This document shows, in pieces, positions 1 through 12,624 of a DNA stretch of 64,000 nucleotides (positions are counted from its first letter, which is position 1; the number at the start of each line of letters is the position of its first letter). The DNA is from Octopus vulgaris (taxonomy: Eukaryota): positions 38,254,001 through 38,318,000 of the forward strand of contig OX597825.1 in assembly GCA_951406725.2 (NCBI GenBank), given 5' to 3'. The notes under the pieces are model-generated. The model did no database searches. It was not told the DNA's origin and was given only the letters and a program-made list of their open reading frames with translations. A program made the translations under genes and the position numbers.

Positions 1-14
1 AGAGAGAGAGAGAG

Positions 15-225
15 TCAGATGAATATGGTAAGTTGAGGCACCAGAATTAAGTACGGTATTATCCATACAATTTCAAAATATAGTGATTAAAATCAAAATA
101 AGGAACAAGAAAATCAAGAGGTACTGCAGTACGATCGTTTCATGCGACTCTATTTAATTGAACAATGCAATCATTTCATTACAGCAATTTAAAATGTTGA
201 GCTATCTTCAGCTGCACAAAGACAT
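15..225 (-). mobile_element. PLE/retrozyme-like short repeat (family A) containing a degenerate hammerhead
   Basis: Reverse complement aligns by eye with 36195-36393 and with the 3' part of 15600-15799 (shared tail ttattttgatt..tatggataa..aattctggtgc..accatattcat[c/t]tga). Confidence 0.7.
124..217 (-). ncRNA. Type I hammerhead ribozyme motif, stem II base degenerate
   Basis: Minus strand: stem I UGCAG, CUGAAGA (211-205), long stem II, GAAA (141-138), CGAUCG, UA, stem I' CUGCA. The 10.1/11.1 pair is a U-U mismatch. Confidence 0.6.
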
Positions 226-289
226 AGAATTTAATTAAATTAGGACACATTAGTATAATTATACCTAAAATTTCCAAGAGGATAAGGAG

Positions 290-1611
290 ATAGACAAAGA
301 ACATGTTTTACCAACAACATCATAGTTGTAACATAGTTGATTACTGGGACGCACTTTGACCACAGTCTATGTGTCGTTTTCATGTGTTCTGGTAGTGGTG
401 GGATCCAGCACATCGAGATTGTAGGGCGTAACATGTTCAATACTCTGGGTGTTCAAAGGCCCATACACCGTCAGTATATGGAGTACATGAGGCGTTTCAC
501 AAAGCCCATTGGCACCTGTGCCCACACCCTGAGGAATGTTGCATCCAGTTCCACAGGTGTGGGAGGGAGCATAGTACTGCTGGAAACACGTGGCTGTGGT
601 GACTCGAGAGGAAAGGCACGATGTGAGGTCTTAGGATCTGGTCAGCGCAGCGCTGCGCTGTGATGTCATTCCCTCTGCCTCTACCATCATTTTGGAACAC
701 ATGGGGATCAATTCTCTGATTCAGGCCTATAGCACGCCAAACTATGATAGTTTGGTCACCCCACGCGTCTCCCTCCATCAGACAGGCGTCTTTGTAGCGA
801 TTACTACTCCTACACCACTCTCTCACTCTGCCATCCGAGGTGGAAACGCAGTACCGGCTCTCGTCAGAGAAGACTATCAACCTCCATTATTGATGCCGCT
901 AACGTCGGTGCTGTGTATCCCACTGTAGTCGTGCCTGTGGGTGAGGACAGGCCCTCGAGCAGGAGGTCGGCAACGCAGGTTGTCGGCGGCCAGTCTACGT
1001 CGTACCGTGTCAATGATGATATGTAGCTGTCCAGTGCTAATGGTCTCCCGAGCTGTCACTATGGCCGGTCTGAAGCGATCACGGTGTTCTTGCAGGTGAA
1101 TGAAGCGCCCCTGTCTGGGCGTAGTCACCCAGGGGTTTCCTCTGGAGGCACAATCTGCAGTACTGCTGGTGTTGCATCGCTGTTGCAGACGATAGAAGGT
1201 GCTGTCACGGATATTTTAAGCTTCCACAACAATCAGGGCACGCTGCCCTGCTTGCAATCAGCCGATATCTGGATTTCTCTGCGCTGCTGAAAATCTGTTC
1301 ATACCTAATGCGTCCAAATTACGAATACCAGGAATGCAGTTCAAGTAGAATTATATACCCATAACCTCCACGAGATGCACGTGCATTTCGGTTTTCAAGA
1401 CAGCTGTTTGCGACTGCAACCCATGGTATTCAACGCAGCTGCAATTTGGCGGCTCGTTTCAAGGAAAATTGAAAATGTTACCTGCAATTTAGGTTTCAGC
1501 CATAAACCGGCATGTTTTGGAATATTTACACTTACAAACCCGAAACAAATTTTCACAATTTACCATATAAAAATGATATTTGAAAAAAACGCATTTCTTT
1601 CGAGTTTCACC
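290..1611 (-). mobile_element. Tc1/mariner DNA transposon remnant
   Basis: Transposase pseudogene plus about 300 bp of upstream region, ending in a TIR-like gcatttctttcgagtttca near 1591-1610. The other TIR was not found. Confidence 0.75.
300..1302 (-). pseudogene. Tc1-family DDE transposase pseudogene (stops and frameshifts)
   Basis: ATG at 1302 gives MNRFSAAQRNPDIG*LQAGQ (HTH region), then TTPRQGRFIHL..DRFRPA..TVRRRL, IVFSDESRY..DGRVR, IIVW, ILRPHIVP and WP..SIEHV: canonical Tc1 motifs. Confidence 0.9.
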
Positions 1612-1687
1612 CAATCATGTGGGTGAGGGTGTGTAGGTGGTGTTCTCGGTCACAAAGAACACCTACACACCCTCACCCACATGATTG
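1612..1687. repeat. Perfect 28-bp inverted repeat (hairpin)
   Basis: caatcatgtgggtgagggtgtgtaggtg (1612-1639) is the exact reverse complement of 1660-1687, with a 20-nt spacer. Confidence 0.95.
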
Positions 1688-1830
1688 ACCGATGCCTGAC
1701 CCGTTAAATTCTTCAGCCACCGGTTCTCAACATACACTGATAAACAGTTTCGCCATGGGCTCTTAGGAGCATAGTTCGATTTGTTTTGGCTCCGCCTCTG
1801 TTCTGTTTTTGTTTTTCCAACGGATTTCCT

Positions 1831-1922
1831 ATTTTCTTCCTGAAGAGAAAGACACAATATGGTCCCATTATTCAATCGGATTTTGGTAATTTGTGCCTTT
1901 CGAAACACGTGTAGAATGAAAT
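1831..1922 (+). ncRNA. Type I hammerhead ribozyme, core intact
   Basis: Stem I UUUC-UUC / GAA-u-GAAA; CUGAAGA 1840-1846; stem II GAAAGACACAA/UUGUGCCUUUC (one mismatch); GAAA 1902-1905; palindromic stem III ACACGUGU; GUA site with cleavage predicted after 1913. Confidence 0.85.
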
Positions 1923-1979
1923 AAAACGATTTCTGTTCAATCTGCGTTCAGCTCCATTTCTTCAATTCACCAATAATGT

Positions 1980-2036
<57 letters not shown>
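1980..2036. repeat. (TA)n microsatellite
   Basis: Direct reading; one of dozens of (TA)n, (CA)n and (CATA)n tracts in the window. Confidence 0.95.
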
Positions 2037-2040
<4 letters not shown>

Positions 2041-2553
2041 CTTTGATTCCCTCTCTCTGTCTCTCTTTCTCTCTCTCCCCTGCAACCTGCTGCTTCTCCA
2101 CCATTTCGTTGGCGATCGTATCTCGCCAACATCTGTATTTGTCCCATCTACCGAAAAGGTAATTATTTCTACGCCTGCTGCTATGTTTGTTGTTTTGTCT
2201 CATTTGATCTAAAGTCGCATGACAACTACCGTTATATTATATTTTGTTCAACCGTTACCGTTTTCAATTTCGTTTTCGTCTCTCGTATTTACATCCGTCT
2301 TGTGCGTTTACATTCTTGTCTTCTACCAAGAAATCTAATGCTTACAGCTTAGTTTTTTTTCTTGGGGCTGGCCGAGTTGGAGCAAATATCAGAATTGAAC
2401 AGCCGAAATTTGCTATGATGATTCGGTGTCTGACTGAAGATTGAAGGCTTCTAATGATTTGTCTGTGTTCCGTGTTTGTCCCTTCCTGTATTTCACGTTC
2501 TTTATATATAAAACATTTATTCTTATATATATATATACATATATAATACATAT

Positions 2554-2586
<33 letters not shown>

Positions 2587-2606
2587 TATATACACACACA
2601 TATATA

Positions 2607-2831
2607 CTCTTTTACTCTTTTACTTGTTTCAGTCATTTGACTGTGCCCATGCTGGAGCACCGTATTTAGTAGAGCAAATCGACACCAGGACTTATTCTTT
2701 GCCAGTTTAGTACTTATTCTGTTGGTCACTTTTGCCGAGCCGCTATGCTACGGGAACGTAAACTCACCAGCATCGTTTGTCAAGCGATGTTAGTGGGGGG
2801 GGGGATTACAGACACACAAACATATACACAT

Positions 2832-2884
<53 letters not shown>

Positions 2885-3050
2885 CATATATACGACGAGC
2901 TTCTTTCTGTCTACCGAATCCACCCACAAGGCTTTAATCGGCCCGAGGCTATAGTAGAAGACACTTGCCCAAGGAGCCAAGCAGTGGGACTGAACCCGGA
3001 AACATGTGGCTGGTAAGCAAGATACTTGTCACACAGCCACTCCTACGCCT
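2607..3050 (-). mobile_element. tRNA-derived SINE, family S1, near full length with internal microsatellite
   Basis: Head ggcgtaggagtggctgtgtg..ccgggttcagtccc with A/B-box-like motifs; tail ggtgctccagcatgg..tgactgaaacaagtaaaaga; several other copies in the window. Confidence 0.85.
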
Positions 3051-3182
3051 ATATATATGTATGTATGTAAGTATGTATGTATATGTGTGTGTGTGTGAAA
3101 GTGTATTCTGATCGAATTTCCCACGCGTCAATATGCACCGCCTTCTGACAAAACAATGTAAACTTTCATTTGATCAAGATAC

Positions 3183-3275
3183 ACTTGGCCTGATGAGTAG
3201 CCATTTATGCATTCCTCGCTAGGATATTTACCACTTCCGAGGTTCCGCTCGCTGTGAAAAATACGTAGTCCGGGT
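3183..3275 (+). ncRNA. Degenerate type I hammerhead motif
   Basis: CUGAUGA 3190-3196; stem II GUAGC/GCUGU with inner CCUCG/CGAGG; GAAA 3256-3259; stem III disrupted (AAUACG); GUA; stem I ACUUGGC/GUC-c-GGGU. Confidence 0.55.
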
Positions 3276-3567
3276 CTTAGCTACTTAATTCATTAACACT
3301 TGTATTCTTATTTGTATACTCGGAAACCCTGTTTGCTTACCGTGAAATACAAAAAAAAATATTAGAAATATTGAATTTCTAAATGTCTCAGAGAGACATG
3401 AGCGATGGTGGAGCGATATAGTGGTTGTATAATGTCAACATAACGTGACATTCCCGTAAAGGGGATTACACCACCGCCATTTAGCCCTAGGAAACATCGA
3501 CGTTTCCTGTCGGCTTTGACACATTTTCTGTGTCCTTATATTTGCAGAGGGGAAGCAATCACTCCCG

Positions 3568-3648
3568 CCAGCGAGGACTAGCAACTGAAGACATGTTTCT
3601 GAGTGCATTGCTCGTCATCAGTCCAGGGTATCCAGTCTCGCTCGCTGG
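3568..3648 (-). ncRNA. Type I hammerhead ribozyme with extended stem I
   Basis: Minus: CCAGCGAG..GACUGG..CUGGA CUGAUGA cGAGcaaugcaCUCa GAAA CAUG UC UUCAG..CUAGUC.CUCGCUGG. Palindromic stem III ACAUGU, GUC site, C-A mismatch at the base of stem II. Confidence 0.85.
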
Positions 3649-3830
3649 AATCTATATTATATGCACAATGGCCTGAATGAAGAGTGGACATAACAATACA
3701 ATTCAGGACATAGGGTACATATAACAAAAATACAGACAGGATGATATGGAATGAAATATTAACAATGAATTAAATGAAATGGGCTGCGAGCCCCCCAAAG
3801 CTCGCAGTTTCATTTACAATAACAGTTATA

Positions 3831-4530
3831 CTATCTGGGGTGTTCGTCAGTGATGTAAACGAGTAATTCATCCTGTTCTATAACGCCGGGCAAATTGTCA
3901 TATCGAACGTAGTACGCAATGCACACAGCAGTATTTGAAAACAAATTAATTAATTTATTTACCGTCTCTTTTTCCACTAATACATCCTTTATTTCAGACA
4001 TTCTTCCACTTATGTTGACCACTTTTCCGCTTCCTCCAACGTGTGACCTTCACTCAATTCAGTTGTTTTATGTTTCCTTTCGTGTGTTCGATCCTCTGTC
4101 TCGACGACAGATTTTTTAAATTTTTTTCTGTTTTTGGTCTTTGGGTGGTGATTCCACTCTTGTTCGCTTTCTATCCTCTTTTCCTTCTGTTCTCTCCTTT
4201 TCTTTCTCCTCTAGTTCGTCGCCACTTTTCATATCATCTGTTGTCATGATCTCTTCTTCCGCTTGTAGTTCTTCATTCTCTCTTTCTAACTCCTCTGTCA
4301 AAGCTTCTATTCCTTCCTCCAGGTTTATCGTCTTCTCCTTCATGTGCCCTCTGCTCTTACATTCATAACACACTGGAGGTATCCCCTCCACCACGACTCT
4401 CAGTCGTGTCTCATCGGGGAACACCAACTCCTCCGTGATGTTGTACAAATCTCGCAGGGTTATGTGGATTAGCTCTTCCACTGTATAACTCCACCAGTTT
4501 ATTTCATTCTACCTTTCCACCTTGTGTATG
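3831..4530 (-). pseudogene. Gag-like ORF1 remnant with zinc knuckle, probably Tx1/L1-type LINE
   Basis: ORF 4116-4481 reads LRVVVEGIPPVCYECKSRGHMKEK (CxxCxxxGH knuckle) followed by a charged tract, and continues after a frameshift in ORF 3831-4022. Confidence 0.6.
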
Positions 4531-5082
4531 TCCAAGTCCTCCTTGCAGTTGTAAATTATTGCAGCTACTATTCTTTCAGTATCAAGTTCCAGTTGATTTT
4601 TGCTTATTCGCACCCTCTTATTCACATTTTGCTTATTACTTCCTTAGGAAGTAATATCCATTTTTCTTATTTCAACGCTGTCGTTGCATTCCTTTTTGCT
4701 TCATCTTCATTTTTTATATTTGCACATCTAAGGTTTTTATATTTGGAAGCTACAACTGTATTAAGATACCGTCCGAGAAGTATAGATATTACCGAAATTA
4801 AGTAAGTAAAGACGGCTGATTCAATAAATAAATACAGACGATAAATATATACAGTTCTCATGAATATTTATTCACGTATCTATACATGTTACCTGCTAGC
4901 ATATATTTTATAACTGTACTTTGATTCGGTGTATTTCCTTGGTGAATGTGCTTGCTTATTTGTGTGTCAATGCTTATGAACACACAAATATATCTTTCTA
5001 TGTGTATGTATGTTGGATTTTACTATCCATTAAATGCCACGCAACTTATATTTCCTTCAGTTATATTATAATTAATTAGGTC

Positions 5083-5315
5083 AAAGCGTTGAGCTGGCAG
5101 AAACGTTAGCACGCCGGGCGAAATGCGTAGCCGTATTTCGTCTGCTGTTACGTTCCGAGTTCAAATTACGCCGAGGTCGACTTTGCCTTTCATTCTTTCG
5201 GGGTGGATAAATTAAATACCAGTCACGCACTGGGATCGATGTAATCGACTTAATCCGTTTGTCTGTCCTTGAATGTCCCATCTGTGTTTAGCCCCTTGTG
5301 GGTAGTAAAGAAATA
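5083..5315 (+). mobile_element. tRNA-derived SINE, family S2 (Meta/MESC-like central domain)
   Basis: gagctggcagaaacgttagc..gagttcaaat B box; core gaggtcgactttgcctttcattctttcggggt.gataaattaaataccag; highly similar to 48044-48265. Confidence 0.85.
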
Positions 5316-7117
5316 TATATCATAATTAAGTAGGTCAGCATGCAAAGATGTTAAAGCAACAGATAGAATGCTATGACGTAATCGCAATGGGTCTCTAGAA
5401 TTTGAATTAAAATATAGCTTATGTTAAATTTATGTTTCATTGTTTCTAGTTCGATAAGTAAAATGCCAATCGAGTAGTCGTATAGAGTCTTGTTACTCTC
5501 TCACGTGAATACCCTGTCCCTTCTTCACGCCGAGTTTATCTGGAAGAAATTGTATGTTTATATATATAGAAAATGGATGCATATGTTAAGGCTTAAAACG
5601 GTTCAACATCCATTCTCTGACACAGCAGTGTCCCTGCCATTGCTCCATCGAGAAAAGAGGTGTCCCACACAACGATTTATAAATCGTATTCTAATATTTG
5701 GAACTATATGCAAAACGAATTTAAGAAGTAACCTGATCTCCATGTGGTGGTCGATATTCATATTAAACAGTGAGGATATAATATCTCATCTATAGATTTT
5801 ATGTGAAATGTTGAAACGTAATTGCTTGGCAAAGGCAATGTTAATAGTATGGTTTGTCAGTATCAATTCATTAAGCACAGTCGGATAATGCGTTCAATTA
5901 GTAATAAGTAATATGTAGGTTTAATATTGTATTTGAATACTGTATGCAGTGATTTCCTGTAGTAGCACACAGTTAGCGGAAAACACAGACATTCTGGCGT
6001 CAAGGGTATATATATTTTCAGTTGGATAAATTCACTCAAAATTTTAATGTAAGTGATATAAATAATATCCGTCATTTTAAATGACAGCAGAAATGCAAGT
6101 CGGTTTCTGTATATAATTTATCATCATAGAATTCATTGAATAAAGTATTTAAAGATATTCACTTCAAGATTTCCTAAGCATTTTATGAAATATGTTAGAG
6201 ACACTTGAGGAACAATTTTTAGAGATATCGACAAGACCCAAACGATTCATAAATTATATTTCGAGTATAACTTTTTACTTCAACATATTTCTCCACAGTC
6301 ACATTTGCATGGTTAAACGTTCGAAAGAGATAACAGTTTATGAAACACAGATTTATATTGTTATATATTTAAAAGAGATAAACAAATCTTATTTTTATGG
6401 AAACTTTTATTCTCTTAGTGATCCTGAAAACAAGATTTCTATTATAGATTATATTTCAAAATATCACGTTATAGATCTCCGTTTTCAATGTTCAGATTCG
6501 ACTAAAGATGAAATTTCATTCTATGAATGTTAGATTGCATCTAACAGGTAGCAGTTTCTATGAGTCTGATCAACAATTTATATTTTCTGCCATCAAATAT
6601 CATCCTGTAACCAATGTAAGATTTCATTAGTAGCTAATTAAAATTTGTTCAATATATACAGAAATGTAAGAAAATTACATTTACAATCATTCTGTATAAA
6701 TGTATATGGGAATATGAGTTACCGTCTCACAAATATGCATATTCGAATCAGAGATTTTGCATTAACCATCAACTTTATTTTAGAGGAATATAAACTTAAT
6801 TCGGTATGAAGGGCTGTTATACACCATTTGCGTCAGGAGCTAACTTGATAAATGTATACGTTTCCAGTTACATTTAAATGCTGTGACGTTTTATTGAGTA
6901 TGTACTGCAGATACAAATTAGGAAAGAATGATTAATAAAATTGTGAAAAGGATAAAGTTGACTAAATATACATACATGGGTTTCAATGATAGTTACACTT
7001 GTGATAAGAAAATTACGCACAGACCAACTTGTGTGAGTTGAATACCAACGGTAGAAGAATACGTCGCTCTACTCTTTCTGCAATCCATTGCATGTACATG
7101 CATAATAATAATTAACT

Positions 7118-7197
7118 TAGTTTCATCAGAGGAGTCAGGGCAGCATTCATGGCTCTTTTTCGGACTTAAGGCATTTGTCGAGCGAGTAAAAGAGATG
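7118..7197. repeat. About 80-bp diverged direct repeat, copy 1 (copy 2 at 7751-7828)
   Basis: tagtttcatcag..agtcag..cagcat.catg.ctctttttc.ga..taaggcatttgtcg.gcgag.aaaag is shared by both copies. Confidence 0.85.
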
Positions 7198-7750
7198 TGT
7201 GTGTGTGCTCTCAAATAATTAAATTTAGAAATTTAAAAATATACGAAGTATTCAAAGAGTTATTTGCTAAAATGTAATAATATGTGGGGTGTAATAATTC
7301 AGAATATATTCATTCAGAGCTTTTAGGTCTTTGGCACGGTCTTATTCTCCGAATGAATTGCGTGAACAACAAAGTATCTAACTATTTCTATTTACCTGTT
7401 GCAACGAAGAAAATACTGAACAAATACATCTTCTAAGAAGTGTTTGGGCACCTTATATTATAAACCAACACTATCATACTAATATGTGGGCTACACATAT
7501 ATAATTTGTAAGAGACAGTTTAATAAAAGTTGCCTAAATAATGACACGTTCACATTTTATTGGCATAACAATATCACAATTAATAAAACTAGTTTCATAA
7601 AATTAGTGAAAATCACTTTTAGAAATTGAGCATTGTTAACCTTGAAACATTTAAAAGACATTTTTATGTACCAATTCCAGTTAATTTGTATTCAAAAATA
7701 TGGAGGGAAACGAAAGCGATTGCAAGCATCTAAATTATTGCTGCTACTTA

Positions 7751-7828
7751 TAGTTTCATCAGGGAAGTCAGACCAGCATCCATGACTCTTTTTCTGAACT
7801 AAGGCATTTGTCGGGCGAGCAAAAGGTA
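7751..7828. repeat. About 80-bp diverged direct repeat, copy 2
   Basis: See 7118-7197. Confidence 0.85.
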
Positions 7829-8334
7829 TATTTCGCAATCATGATATATTGTGTTCGACCCCGCTCTGTTGAATCATCTGCAATCGTTATTTGTGTTAGT
7901 CTTGACTCAATGCATAATTTGTTAGGTAAATTTGCTTGAAAGACATAGAGAACGAAATTGTGGCATAGCCTGTGATTGCAATACAAAGTTATAGGCTTGT
8001 CACACATTCAGTCATTCTGATAGTAACTGAGAATTACTTATATTAGGCTAATATGTGTTAGTGGAGTGAAGAAACATTTACAAGTTAATTCAAGAGGCGA
8101 GAATACACATTGGGAGCAACCCTCATCGGCATATATGCCTGCGTTAACACACACACACACATGCACACACTCACACATACAAATAGTGGAACGCATGTAT
8201 ATATGCATGTACACATTGACATATATATGTGTGGGGTAGTGTATGTGTATACATACATACAAATACACACACACACACACACAAACACAAATATATATAT
8301 ATATATATATATTGCTTCACCATTTTCTCACACC

Positions 8335-8382
8335 GTCTCCGATGAAGGGATATATATAATATCCCAGAAACAGCTGTAAGAC
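8335..8382 (+). ncRNA. Minimal type I hammerhead with U4C core change
   Basis: Stem I GUCU/AGAC; CCGAUGA 8339-8345; stem II GGGAUAU/AUAUCCC flanked by an A-A mismatch; GAAA 8367-8370; palindrome ACAGCUGU; GUA. Confidence 0.75.
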
Positions 8383-8428
8383 CTATTTATAAATGTTCTG
8401 AAATCTTAGATTTTTATTTCATTCTGCA

Positions 8429-8511
<83 letters not shown>

Positions 8512-9024
8512 AACATACACACTTACATTCGTACATACATACATACAATCATATATATAGGTCATAGTACTTGAAATATGGCAAAATGCGGATTATTTTC
8601 CGGTGATTGAAATATTGAGCAAATTTTTGTCGCTCTTTACAACAAATGACAGCAAAAGAAGATGCAATGCATTGAAACACGGTAACGGTTCTTCAGAAAA
8701 ATTACTAATGGGTATCAGGTTTACTGTAATCATGCAGAGACATAATTTCATTTACTTTAAGGTATGAATGACATAAATTTACCTGTAACTTCCCCATTCT
8801 TACAAACAGCAAATAGAAAAAAAGCTAGCTCGATTTCTGATCATGAGTGCACCAAACCTCACGCGTGCGTATGCTCACATTTGTGTGGATGATTTTATAA
8901 GCGAGTGTACTCGCGCCATATAGCTTGCTCGAGGGCATTTATTTTAACGAATTATTTTTGTTTATCACGCGACAATATGTATCTGCATTGCTGGATGCTC
9001 CTGAACCAGTTGTTGCGTGTCTCA

Positions 9025-9070
9025 CTCACGAAGAATTGATGCTAAATGTGCCGAAACAATTGTCGTGATC
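9025..9070 (+). ncRNA. Hammerhead relic (3' half)
   Basis: GAAA-CAAUUG-UC-GUGA at 9053-9068 (palindrome ACAAUUGU, GUC). Upstream UCAC-GAAGA lacks the CU of the core. Confidence 0.45.
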
Positions 9071-9557
9071 AATAATACATTCTTTTATATTCCATGTTCC
9101 GTCTCCTTCTACTGTTGTCACTTTTTATTTTCATATACATGTGTGTACGTATATATGAATTCCACTTTAAATTCCAATTTAAACTAGTATATAGCTGTAA
9201 TGATTAATTTCTGGCAGGAAATTCCAAGGGACTCAACTCGAAATTCACATCTAATTAAAGTTAGAAATGGGCGTACAGTGTTCAGTGAGTCTGATCTTTG
9301 CCAATTACAGTGACACCTCCGGTCATATATCAATCTCATTAGTAAGACTCAGAAAGGCGGTCTTCCCATTGCTATAGAGCAGACATACAAATTGTTAAAA
9401 AAGAAATTGAGTGGAAATCATGTCACTGATTTACCAACTTAAACTAAAGTCTTGAGAAGCCTGACTACTGCATTGTAAAAACTATATACTATATATTTAC
9501 AAACATATTTTTAATTATTCTTGCGTAGCAAGATAACTAACATTCCGTGTTTATATA

Positions 9558-9618
<61 letters not shown>

Positions 9619-9668
9619 TACAGATATACATATAAATGTGTGTGTGCATATGTGCATCTCTCTCTCAC

Positions 9669-9714
<46 letters not shown>

Positions 9715-12003
9715 CAAATATGCATAAACACGCACATACACACATGCATACATGCATACATACATACACACACTTATAAAATAAGAAAAAGATGGAGATT
9801 GGTAGTTAATAATTTTTGTATTATTAACAGCAAATATATTCTTTTCACTTACAGATGTTTCAGTTAATACTCAGTAAATATTAAAGAAATATTAAGTTTA
9901 TATTTATATGATCTGTGCATAATATCTTCAGATTGAAGTATACCCTTGAATGTTTTATATGTGTTATAGATTCATTATATCAGACTCATAATATGGATAT
10001 TATGCTCATATAATATAAATTTAATATTTATATTTACTTGATATTTACTGAGTTATAACTGAAACAGCTGTACGGGAAGATGATTAATTTGGTGTGAATA
10101 ATAAACAATCATTAACTCCCCACTCTCCATTTTCTTTTTCTTCATTTATATGAATATAAACCATATGTTTATGTATGAATACCTTTAATTTTAAGGAGAT
10201 TAATTCCTCCAAATGCTGGGAATTGAACTAATATTTGCTTGGATTACACCATCCTTTTTTGAGGTTAACACAACCACTGTCCATATGTATTTATATGCAT
10301 ATAAATATATCAAGTATTCCTATGAAGAATTATTTGTCTGTTATTCTCGTTTAGGTTTTGTTATTTGACTGTTGGTAAAAAACGATGGCTGTCGAGCGTA
10401 ACTTAAATCTTGGAAGATTACCTGTTTGCTTTCACCATATACCCACGCACCCATATATAATTCATGATATATATTTGACAATTTAAATGAAATCATATAA
10501 ATAAATTCCATAAAGATATCTCTGATTCGATAAGGATATTTTGAAAAACGATTTTAATGAATTTCCGTACCCATCAAAACTATAGTTTGTAAATATCAAT
10601 TTCAGAACTAATATGGTTAGCGTTAATCAAATTCAGTATATTATTATTTGATATGCTTACAAGAAACGTTACAGTGTGTATGAGCATGCAGTTTTGAAGT
10701 AGTGGTAAATGCCTATATCATTGTACAAGTTCCGATCACTACAATCCTACTACAGATTAGCGACGCATCTAAAACGTCATCATACATTGTGAAGCGTGTG
10801 TGTGCAAAAAAACTATCAATATAAATTGAAATTTTTAACAACCCGCTCTAAGGTTAGTATTTAATTTAAAATTAGTTTATGGAGATCATCACATGAAAGC
10901 TGAAGTTATAGTGTCTCCTTTCACATTTCTAAAATATATTACATATGAACATGTGTATATATATTTATATAATATAACCATATGAGAATATTCATAATCA
11001 TTGTTACCTTCTAAATCCCGCTCAGTGTTGCTATATATGTGTCATGACAATCATCATAAAAAATTTCATTCCTGGCACTAAACATTTAATATATCATTTT
11101 ATATATTTCACTATTATTTCTACCCTGAAATTATTTATGCTGATTCCACCCATGATATATCTTTGAAATAACTGCAATCGCCCTATTACTAAATTCCCAG
11201 CAGTTATCCAATTGTTTTCTTTGCGCCGAAAAGCTGTGTTGCAAATGTGACTAAGCAAAAGAAAAATAGAATATAATCGCCTGTTTTCTTGTTAATTAAA
11301 CAAATTTATTTGCTGGCTGTTTCTCTTTTGTGAGCTTGAAATGATTCCCAGTGGTAGAAATGATAATTTACGTCCTTATTACAGCATCCACACTTTTTCA
11401 AATACCATTTACTTCATTACAGTAGTGTCTCCATTCTGAAAATGTATTGTGGTCTGGTTGTGGAAGATACTTACAAACAATTTCCCTATTAATGATTGGT
11501 GTCTTGTACGAAATATGCAATGGTATATAGCTTTTAAATAATTGTGTGTCGTCTGTTTTCTGTGAATAGTCGCCATTGCGGAGAGAGAAGAGGAGTGATT
11601 TTAATGGAATAACTAAACTACTAACCAACAGATGGTGTTGATTTTCGATTTTATTTCTGCCTGCTTAACAATCAGATCATGTGAGGCATCATTAATATCG
11701 TTTGATCATAAAATAAGCAAAACATATTTGCTGTTACTGCAAAGTTAAACTCTCGCGGTCAATATATTACAAAATTAATAAACGTGGTAATCACAATACT
11801 TCGATGTATTAATTAGTTCTGTTTAAAAAATTTTGCAAATATTACATAGCAGTTAGCTGCTAAGATCAGGATACAACTGTCAAACGAAACTGAGCAAAGC
11901 TATCAAAAAGGAGAAATCGCCCGGTTATATTTTGGAAAATTGGAAATAAAAACGATATCAATCTCGATTGCAAGGAAATCTTTCATCGGAGTTAACAGTT
12001 AAT

Positions 12004-12225
12004 AGGCGCAGGAGTGGGTGTGTGGTAAGTAGCTTGCTTAACGACTACAAGGTTCCGGGCTCAGTCCCACTGTGTGGCACCTTTGGCAAGTGTCTTCTAG
12101 TATAGCCTCAGACCGACCAAAGCTTTGTGAGTGGATTTGGTAGACGAAAACTGAAAGAAGCCCGTCTTATATATGTATATGTATATATATGTGTGTGTGT
12201 GTGCTTGTGTGTCTATGTTTGTCCA
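12004..12225 (+). mobile_element. SINE S1, 5' half
   Basis: ggcgcaggagtgggtgtgtggtaagtagcttgc..ggttccgggctcagtccc matches the head of 2607-3050. Confidence 0.85.
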
Positions 12226-12252
12226 TATAACTGTATGTATGTATGTGTGTAG

Positions 12253-12328
<76 letters not shown>

Positions 12329-12533
12329 CAAATAGAGGTTATGTTGGCTTCATGAAAGTATGCTATCATCTATGGAAATGCTGGTTCAATGCCTAATATT
12401 TTGGGGGTAGTTTTAAATCCATAAAATAATAGGCTTATATATAAACCATGGTTTATTATCATGCAAACGAAGAATAGAAAAACAGAGATATTGAAGTTAA
12501 TGAGAGTTTATAATAAGAAAAATCGATTATTAT

Positions 12534-12614
12534 CCCTTACAGCTGTTTCATTTAAGCTCAGCGAAGTTAAATATATATTAAAATCATATTTCCGTCCATA
12601 ATCTCTTCAGAGGG
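12534..12614 (-). ncRNA. Type I hammerhead motif, inverted, just upstream of the PLE ORF
   Basis: Minus: CCCU CUGAAGA (12610-12604), weak AT-rich stem II, GAAA CAGCUG UA AGGG. A related 3' half lies at 10048-10080 (+). Confidence 0.7.
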
Positions 12615-12624
12615 GGAAAAATTA

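Noticed and set aside
1722-1775. Minus-strand HHR-like ctaaga-gcccatggc-GAAA-ctgtttatcag-tg
   Set aside because: Core lacks G5, the site would be GUG, and no stem I forms.
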